A stretch of DNA of 64,000 nt from Acidobacteriota bacterium (lineage in GTDB: Bacteria > Acidobacteriota > UBA6911 > JACQSX01). The stretch lies in the NCBI GenBank assembly GCA_036507075.1, contig DASXQR010000228.1:42098-106097 (forward strand). The letters are read 5' to 3'. The translations under genes and the position numbers were made by a program. Within the stretch, counting starts at the first letter, position 1. The number at the start of each line of letters is the position of its first letter. Under the pieces are notes generated by a model. That model was not told the DNA's origin. It did not search any database and saw only the letters and a list, made by a program, of their open reading frames with translations. Positions 57,043 to 64,000 of the stretch are shown here, one piece after another.

Positions 57043-58227
57043 CTAGAGGCCCAGCTCCTGCTTCACCTCGCCGAATTTTGTTATCGCGAATTCGAGATCT
57101 TCTGATGAATGGGCCGCCGAGATCTGTGTGCGGATCCGAGCCTTGCCTTGCGGTACCACCGGATAAGAAAACCCGATCACATAGACACCTTTCTCAAGCA
57201 TCGCATCGGCGAAGCGATTGGCAAGCGCAGCGTCACCTAACATGACAGGCACAATCGGATGTTCCCCCGGCAGAATGCTCAGTCCCAGCCTGGACACTCC
57301 CTGGCGAAAGAATCTGGTGTTGGCTTCCAGCTTGTCGCGCAGCGTGGTGGATTGGGAAAGCAGCTCGATCGCTTTGATGGAACCACACACGATGGGCGGG
57401 GCCAGCGTATTGGAAAACAAGTAGGGGCGCGACCGCTGGCGTAGGTACTCGATGATTTCTTTTCTTCCGCTGGTGTAGCCGCCGCTGGCCCCGCCAAGGG
57501 CCTTTCCCAATGTGCCGGTGATAATGTCCACACGGCCCATTACGCCGTGATGCTCATGCGTTCCGCGCCCGCGCTTCCCCATAAAGCCGACCGCGTGGGA
57601 ATCGTCCACCATCACAAGCGCCTCGTATTTCTCGGCCAGATCGCAAATGGCGCGAAGGTCGGCAATATGACCGTCCATGGAGAAGACGCCGTCGGTGGCG
57701 ATCATCCGATGCCGTGCGGGCCTGGCCTGCTGCAGCCTGGCTTCAAGGTCAACCATGTCGTTGTGCGTATAGCGGTAGCGCTCCGCCTTGCACAGGCGGA
57801 TGCCGTCGATAATGCTGGCATGGTTCAACTCGTCGGAGATGATGGCGTCCCCGGCGCCCAGCAACGTCTCAAACAAGCCGGTGTTTGCGTCGAAGCAGGA
57901 AGTGTACAGGATGGTGTCTTCCGTCCCCAGAAACTCGCTGACTCTTCTCTCCAACTCCTTGTGCGGTTGCTGCGTGCCGCAAATGAAGCGCACCGATGCC
58001 AGGCCGTAGCCCCACTTCTCCAGTCCTTCGCGCGCCGCCGCGATGACGGCGGGATGTTCCGCCAGCCCCAGGTAATTGTTGGCGCACATGTTGAGCAGCG
58101 GTTTGCCGTCGCCCACGCGGATATGCGCGTCCTGCGGCGTGGTGATGACACGCTCGTTCTTATAAAGACCAGACTGGCGAATCTCCTGCAATTGCTTCGA
58201 GCAACCCTGTTTCATGGAGCCGTACAT
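57043..58227 (-). CDS. kbl: Glycine C-acetyltransferase (2-amino-3-ketobutyrate CoA ligase)
   Basis: [49 protein letters not shown]; next to tdh. Confidence 0.96.
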   Translation of the reverse strand: MYGSMKQGCSKQLQEIRQSGLYKNERVITTPQDAHIRVGDGKPLLNMCANNYLGLAEHPAVIAAAREGLEKWGYGLASVRFICGTQQPHKELERRVSEFLGTEDTILYTSCFDANTGLFETLLGAGDAIISDELNHASIIDGIRLCKAERYRYTHNDMVDLEARLQQARPARHRMIATDGVFSMDGHIADLRAICDLAEKYEALVMVDDSHAVGFMGKRGRGTHEHHGVMGRVDIITGTLGKALGGASGGYTSGRKEIIEYLRQRSRPYLFSNTLAPPIVCGSIKAIELLSQSTTLRDKLEANTRFFRQGVSRLGLSILPGEHPIVPVMLGDAALANRFADAMLEKGVYVIGFSYPVVPQGKARIRTQISAAHSSEDLEFAITKFGEVKQELGL

Positions 58228-58257
58228 GGTGGCTTTTCCTTAAATACACGGATACTG

Positions 58258-58441
58258 ACCAAAAAACCGTCCACGTCTACGAGCACGAGCACGTCAACGA
58301 CCACGTCTCACGTCGACGATCACGACAACAATATCTTCAGACAGTGATCAATCCTCTGCAGTCCAGCAAATCCCCAACGAACCGAGCGAAAACGTAGACG
58401 TAATCGTCGACGTTGACGTGCTCGTGCTCGTAGACGGCTTT
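58258..58441. mobile_element. Diverged copy of the CACGT-rich MITE-like element between tdh and kbl
   Basis: AACCGTCCACGTCTACGAGCACG ... CGTGCTCGTAGACGGCTT arms; interior resembles 20564 copy. Confidence 0.7.
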
Positions 58442-58454
58442 GAATTTTGTGACA

Positions 58455-59489
58455 TCAGCGAACTCCATTCCAGTACAGGATCACTTTCCCCGACTGTCCG
58501 GAAGCCATCACCTCGAACCCCTTTTCAAATTCGGTGTAGTGAAAGCGGTGAGTGATGACCGCACAAATGTCGACGCCGCTTTGCAGCATCACCGTCATCT
58601 TGTACCAGGTCTCATACATCTCTCGCCCGTAGATTCCCTTAATGGTGAGCATATTGAACACGACCGCGTTCCAGTCAATCACGATTTGCTCGTTAGGAAT
58701 CCCCAGCATTGCGATTCTGCCGCCGTGACACATGTTGGCGATCATGTCGCGGAAGGCAGACGGGTTGCCCGACATTTCCAGCCCCACGTCGAATCCCTCG
58801 ACCATCCCGAGTTTCTCCTGGACTTCGCGGATGCTCCCTTCGCGAACGTTGAGCGCCACGGTGGCGCCCATCTTCTTTGCCAGGTCAAGCCGATACTGGT
58901 TGACGTCGGTTATCACCACAAATCTGGCTCCGGCATGACGGACCACAGGGACCGCCATAATGCCAATCGGCCCGGCGCCGGTGATCAGCACGTCCTCGCC
59001 GAGCACGGGGAAGGAAAGCGCCGTGTGCACCGCATTGCCGAATGGATCGAAAATAGCTGCGACATCCCGGTCGATGGCCGGATTGTGAACCCAGACATTG
59101 GTCATGGGCAAGGCAAGGTATTCGGCGAAGGCACCGGTTCGGTTTACGCCGATCCCTTTGGTGTCGGCGCAAAGATGACGCCGTCCGGCCAGACAATTTC
59201 GACAGCGCCCGCAAACCACGTGGCCTTCGCCGCTGACGATCTGACCGGGAAAGAAATCGGTCACGTTGGAGCCGACTTCAACGATCTGGCCCACGAATTC
59301 ATGCCCGATCACCATCGGCACCGGAATGGTCTTTTGCGCCCACTCGTCCCATTTGTGAATATGAACGTCCGTGCCGCAGATGCCCGTTCGATCGATTCGA
59401 ATCAGCACATCGTTGATGCCCATTTCAGGCATCGGCACTTCTTCCAGCCACAAGCCGGGTCCTGCTTTTCTTTTAACCAGAGCTTTCAT
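58455..59489 (-). CDS. tdh: L-threonine 3-dehydrogenase
   Basis: [22 protein letters not shown] Zn site, [21 protein letters not shown]. Confidence 0.97.
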   Translation of the reverse strand: MKALVKRKAGPGLWLEEVPMPEMGINDVLIRIDRTGICGTDVHIHKWDEWAQKTIPVPMVIGHEFVGQIVEVGSNVTDFFPGQIVSGEGHVVCGRCRNCLAGRRHLCADTKGIGVNRTGAFAEYLALPMTNVWVHNPAIDRDVAAIFDPFGNAVHTALSFPVLGEDVLITGAGPIGIMAVPVVRHAGARFVVITDVNQYRLDLAKKMGATVALNVREGSIREVQEKLGMVEGFDVGLEMSGNPSAFRDMIANMCHGGRIAMLGIPNEQIVIDWNAVVFNMLTIKGIYGREMYETWYKMTVMLQSGVDICAVITHRFHYTEFEKGFEVMASGQSGKVILYWNGVR

Positions 59490-59581
59490 TTGATTTTGAG
59501 CACGAATTAGACGAATTACACGAATTACACGAATCTTTTTAATAACTTCGTGAAATTCGTGAACTTCGTGAAATTCGTGTT

Positions 59582-60580
59582 TTAACTCGGCACGGCATTC
59601 TCTCGAATGTATTCCTCGAGTCGTGATTCAGTGGGACCGATGTAATGGAATGCTTCGGCCCACTGAAGACCATAAGTGCGACCGACTTCTCTGTCGGAAG
59701 GCACACCGCGCAGATGTTGGGAATCATAATCCAAAACAATGTGCCTGACGTACTGGCGATTGGCGCTCTCATCGTCGCTTCCCAAAATGGGCAAACGCAA
59801 TTTGCGGGCGGCCAGCCGGGTCCGCAGATTGGCGCCGTTTTCTCCAGCCGGTCCTTGAGTAACGTTTGCGACATTGGCTGCGACTTTTTGATCGATGGTT
59901 CCGGTGATGTCGACAATCCGATTGACCAGTTGTGGACCACGGGCAAAGTAATATCTCTCTTGAACAGCATGGGGCTGCAACCCGCCTTCCAGTTGCTCGG
60001 GATAATCTCTGCTGCCGGCTGCCATCCAGCAGGCGGATTCGACTACTTGCGCGGTGACATAATGATCGGGGTTCTGCTCGTAGTGACCCCAGGGATCATA
60101 GCAGAGGACAGTATCCACTTTGAGCATGCGAAACAGGTAAATCATGCGTCCTCGCATCTCCTGGCGCGAAATATCGTCCATGCGATGGTTGCGATAATTG
60201 AGATTGAATACTTTTTTAAGCCCGAGCGCCTTGGCCACCGCGTCATTGTCCCGTTCGTTGTTCAACACAACTTCCGCCATCGTTGCCCCGCGTCCGGCTT
60301 TCTCGTCATTCGTAGTCCGGATCAGATGACCTGTGTACCCTTCGTTGATAAGCTTTGCTACCGTACCCCCGGCAAACAGGGGGATGTCATCCGAATGCGG
60401 CTGGATGGCCGCCAATACTTTACCTGCGTGCGGCTTTCCCGAAACTGCGCGTTCAATCACGACTTCACCTTGCTGCGTGGCGCGCTGCGGGTTGGCCTGC
60501 ACACGAGCGTGCCCATCTTGACTTGCGCCCGCCAAGGCGCCAACAAACAAGCTTCTCCCGAAGAATTCACGCCTTTTCAT
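59582..60580 (-). CDS. PIG-L/LmbE family deacetylase with Tat signal
   Basis: MKRREFF; PHSDD and NPDH metal motifs. Confidence 0.87.
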   Translation of the reverse strand: MKRREFFGRSLFVGALAGASQDGHARVQANPQRATQQGEVVIERAVSGKPHAGKVLAAIQPHSDDIPLFAGGTVAKLINEGYTGHLIRTTNDEKAGRGATMAEVVLNNERDNDAVAKALGLKKVFNLNYRNHRMDDISRQEMRGRMIYLFRMLKVDTVLCYDPWGHYEQNPDHYVTAQVVESACWMAAGSRDYPEQLEGGLQPHAVQERYYFARGPQLVNRIVDITGTIDQKVAANVANVTQGPAGENGANLRTRLAARKLRLPILGSDDESANRQYVRHIVLDYDSQHLRGVPSDREVGRTYGLQWAEAFHYIGPTESRLEEYIRENAVPS

Positions 60581-60924
60581 ACCAGTGACCTCCCGATTGC
60601 TGCTTTGAAGTCAACAGTTATCAGGAGCAGTAAATGAAGTCAAAAGCTTGTTTTGTCTTAGACGGGATCGGTTCGTGAAGAATCTGGAGTTTGGAAATTC
60701 ACATTAACTTGGACATTCACATTAACAAAGAACCAGAATCAGGAAAAAGCTCTTCGTGTCCTTTGTGTAACAAGTTGGCAACTTCTTGTTTTTTGGGCAA
60801 GATTTTTTCAACGCCGTCCACATCCACGAGCATGTGCACGTCAAGGTCCACGATTACAACAGCATGATCAGCTTCGATTCCGACACCCGATTCGTTACAA
60901 TATTGCGATCCCGGAGGCCCGTCC

Positions 60925-61833
60925 ATGAAACGTACATTAAGCATCACTCTTTGCAGTCTCACTATCCTACTCACCAGGAGTCTCCTGTCTCAGGTCACCA
61001 CAGATCCTCCATTCCAGCTACCCGACAATGTTGTTCTGAAGACCGATGTCGTTTACGGCAAGGGAGGAGATCGGGATTTGAAGGCAGACCTCTTTCTTCC
61101 CAAGAAGACCTCCGCGTCCAGGCCCGCGATCGTTTTCATTCATGGCGGGGGATGGTCGGGAGGAAACCGCCGCGCCTTCTACCGCCAGGCGGCTCACTTT
61201 GCGTCCGCTAAAGGATATCTGGGCATGTGCATTGAATACCGCTTATCCGGCGAAGCGAAATTCCCCGCAGCCGTTGAGGACAGCAAATGCGCGGTACGCT
61301 GGCTGCGCGCCAACGCTGCCGACTACCAGATCGACCCGAATCGGATTGCCGCCTGCGGCGGTTCAGCCGGCGGGCACCTGGCGGCGATGCTTGGAGTGAC
61401 CGATAAGAGCGCCAACCTGGAAGGCAAAGGCGGCCATGCCTCTTTTTCGAGCCGCGTAAACCTGGTGATTGATTTCAATGGTCCCTCAGACCTTGCCCCC
61501 CTCGTCGCAAGCGGGCGGGCGACAACGCCCGTGGTCCAGTTCCTGGGCGCGACACCCGAGCAAAACCGCGAGCTGTACCGGCAGGCGTCCCCCATTACTT
61601 ACGTCGACCAAAAAGCTCCGCCATTTCTGTTTCTGCACGGCACGGCAGACGCGACTGTCCCGATCGAACAATCCAGGACCCTGCTGAAGAAACTCCGAGA
61701 CGCCGGAGTCGAGGCCGAGATTTACGAAGCCGATGGCGCCGGCCACGGCTTCTTCAATCGCCCGCCCTTCTATGAACCCACGCTAAAACGCATGCAGGAG
61801 TTTCTAGATCGCCATTTCGGTTCACGAATTTAG
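60925..61833 (+). CDS. Alpha/beta hydrolase (esterase)
   Basis: HGGGW, GGSAGG, HGTAD, GHG. Confidence 0.92.
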   Translation: MKRTLSITLCSLTILLTRSLLSQVTTDPPFQLPDNVVLKTDVVYGKGGDRDLKADLFLPKKTSASRPAIVFIHGGGWSGGNRRAFYRQAAHFASAKGYLGMCIEYRLSGEAKFPAAVEDSKCAVRWLRANAADYQIDPNRIAACGGSAGGHLAAMLGVTDKSANLEGKGGHASFSSRVNLVIDFNGPSDLAPLVASGRATTPVVQFLGATPEQNRELYRQASPITYVDQKAPPFLFLHGTADATVPIEQSRTLLKKLRDAGVEAEIYEADGAGHGFFNRPPFYEPTLKRMQEFLDRHFGSRI

Positions 61834-61922
61834 AACACGAATTTTCACGAATTGACACGAATTTCACGAAGTTAATTAAAAGATTCGTGAAATTCGTGTC
61901 AATTCGTGAAAATTCGTGATTT

Positions 61923-63161
61923 ATGAGAATCGCCGATATTCGCGCCACCACGGTTACCGTTCCCCTGCAAGCCCCGCTGAGGCATGCCAACGGATGTCAC
62001 TGGGGACGCTTCGTACGAACGATTGTCGAAGTGGAGACCGACAACGGCCTGGTAGGGCTGGGGGAAATGGGAGGCGGCGGGGAGTCGGCCGAGGAACAGT
62101 TTCGCGCCATGAAACGCTATTTGGTGGGACACGATCCGCGCCGGATGGAGGAAATCAGATTTTTAATCGCCAACCCCACGGCGTCTCTTTACAACAACCG
62201 GACGCAGATTCTGGCGGCGCTGGAGTTCGCCTGCCTGGATATTCTTGGACAGGCATGGAACGTCTCCGTCTCTGAATTGCTGGGCGGGCGCCTCCAGGAT
62301 CGCGTTCCCTTCGCTTCTTATTTATTCTTCCGCTACCCGCATCCTGAAACCGGCGAGGGCGAGGTCCGAACAATCGATCAACTGGTTTCAGAAGCCCGGC
62401 GCCTGAAAAATCTTTACGGATTCAGGTCGCACAAAGTGAAAGGAGGTGTTTTCCCTCCGGAATATGAACTGGAATGCTATCGCGCCGTGGCCGCCGAGCT
62501 GAAAGACGACCGTTTTCGCTTCGACCCGAACGGCGTCTGGTCGACCGAACAGGCCATCTGGTTCGGACAGCAGATCGAAAACATCCGCAACGACTATCTG
62601 GAAGATCCCGTATTCGGGATGAATGGAATGCGGCGCACGCGACAAAAAGTGCGCCTGCCGCTGGCAACCAACACGGTGGTGGTGAATTTTGAACAACTCG
62701 CCGCCAATGTTTTGGACATCGCGGCCGACGTGATCCTTTTGGACACCACCTTTTGGGGAGGCATTCGGCCCTGCATTAAAGCGGCCGGGATTTGCGAAAC
62801 ATTCCAACTGGGCGTGGCGGTGCACTCGTCCGGGGAGCTCGGTATTCAACTGGCAACGATGCTGCACCTGGGCGCCGTCATTCCCAATTTGTCGTTTGCC
62901 GCCGATGCCCATTACCATCATCTGGTGGACGATATTATCGAGGGCGGCAAGTTCCGGTACGAAGATGGCGCCATGCGCGTCCCCGACGGCCCGGGGCTGG
63001 GCGTCAAACTCGACCACAAAAAGTTCAAACACTACAGCGAGCTCTACCAGCGACTGGGAAGTTACCCGTACGACCAGGATCCCCTGCGCCCCGGCTGGGC
63101 GCCCACCATTCCCAACACGCGCTGGGCAGATCCAAAAGACGAGCGCCATCCAAGAAACTAA
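61923..63161 (+). CDS. Enolase superfamily enzyme, glucarate dehydratase-like
   Basis: [37 protein letters not shown]. Confidence 0.87.
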   Translation: MRIADIRATTVTVPLQAPLRHANGCHWGRFVRTIVEVETDNGLVGLGEMGGGGESAEEQFRAMKRYLVGHDPRRMEEIRFLIANPTASLYNNRTQILAALEFACLDILGQAWNVSVSELLGGRLQDRVPFASYLFFRYPHPETGEGEVRTIDQLVSEARRLKNLYGFRSHKVKGGVFPPEYELECYRAVAAELKDDRFRFDPNGVWSTEQAIWFGQQIENIRNDYLEDPVFGMNGMRRTRQKVRLPLATNTVVVNFEQLAANVLDIAADVILLDTTFWGGIRPCIKAAGICETFQLGVAVHSSGELGIQLATMLHLGAVIPNLSFAADAHYHHLVDDIIEGGKFRYEDGAMRVPDGPGLGVKLDHKKFKHYSELYQRLGSYPYDQDPLRPGWAPTIPNTRWADPKDERHPRN

Positions 63162-63403
63162 TTTGGAAAGGTTAGTCTTGCACGGAGATGCCTTGGTGCC
63201 TTGGTGTCCTGGTGGTAAATATTTGTAACCACCACAGGTTTAGGGATCTGTCCCCAAATTCCGTAAGCGGATAAGGCTGACTTCCTGATGGCTCCGCTTC
63301 AACAAGCAGCTTATCCGCAGCGTAAGGCGGCAACGCACCAATCCCTCCATCCCTCTATCGCTCTATCCCTCCATCCCTCCATCCCTCTATCCCTCTATCC
63401 CTC

Positions 63404-64000
63404 CTACCGGGGGCGGACAAAGGGCAGACCAAAAATGTTCGAGCAGTGCGCCACTCTTAAATCACCGTTGGTCTGGTCGTAGTAACTGATCAGTCCCAGC
63501 CCATCGGTCCCAATCGTCACCGAAGTGTACTCACCGACAATGCCTGCGCTGTCAAGCGTGGACACTGCAGCGCTGCTGCAGACCGTGTTGTTGCAGTGGG
63601 CCACTTTTAAATCAAAGTTGATATTGACGAAGTAGCTGATCAGTCCCAGCCCATCGCTCCCAATCGTCACCGAAGTGGCGAATCCGACATCGCCTGCGCT
63701 GTCAAGCGTAGCGACAGCAGCGCTGCTGCAGGCCGTGTTGTTGCAGTGGGCCGCTTTTAAATCACTGTTGGTAGCGTCGTAGTAGCTGATCAGTCCCAGC
63801 CCATCGCTCCCAATCGTCACCGAAGTGTACTGACCGACATTGCCTGCGCTGTCAAGCGTAGAACGAGAGAATACGGGACGCGTGTCCGGTAGAGTTGTCA
63901 ACGTTCCGCATACAACCGTGCCGTCGCTGTTAACAGTCTGAATAAAGTTACCCGCCGAACAGTTACCGCTCACCCGCGCCTGAAATGTGGACGCAAACGG
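63404..64000 (-). CDS. C-terminal part of a repeat protein (three 50-aa beta-propeller-like blades); 5' end beyond window
   Basis: Frame open to 64000; 150-bp direct repeats (anchor GCCTGCGCTGTCAAGCGT at 63542, 63692, 63842). Confidence 0.8.
   Translation of the reverse strand, partial: PFASTFQARVSGNCSAGNFIQTVNSDGTVVCGTLTTLPDTRPVFSRSTLDSAGNVGQYTSVTIGSDGLGLISYYDATNSDLKAAHCNNTACSSAAVATLDSAGDVGFATSVTIGSDGLGLISYFVNINFDLKVAHCNNTVCSSAAVSTLDSAGIVGEYTSVTIGTDGLGLISYYDQTNGDLRVAHCSNIFGLPFVRPR

Overview
GC-rich bacterial chromosomal window, most likely Acidobacteriota (inferred from gene repertoire: carboxypeptidase-domain TonB-dependent receptor, PQQ-like and BNR/VPS10 propellers, Tat-exported enzymes). 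About 50 CDS, no rRNA, tRNA or CRISPR seen. Main points: (1) a divergent selenoneine pair senA/senB with no selD/senC in the window and a VOC-family gene in frame just after the senA TGA; (2) two paralogous ~57-aa membrane microproteins (4885-5058, which is absent from the ORF track, and 40298-40468), each behind a sigma54-type -24/-12 motif, the second inside a MarR / FhlA-like activator / STAS / RND efflux module; (3) a 2435-bp IS1595-family element with 27-bp perfect TIRs, an 8-bp target duplication and passenger ORFs, inserted in a frameshifted TonB-dependent receptor pseudogene; (4) a very high density of intergenic palindromic micro-repeat and MITE/REP-like elements, some nested and some translated as protein termini; (5) ordinary genes including tdh-kbl, a tesA/ybbAP-like locus, a split MprF, a MazF-type toxin-antitoxin pair, an ECF sigma/anti-sigma pair and an HD-GYP protein. 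All family calls come from motif recognition by eye, not from database searches; several start codons are estimates.
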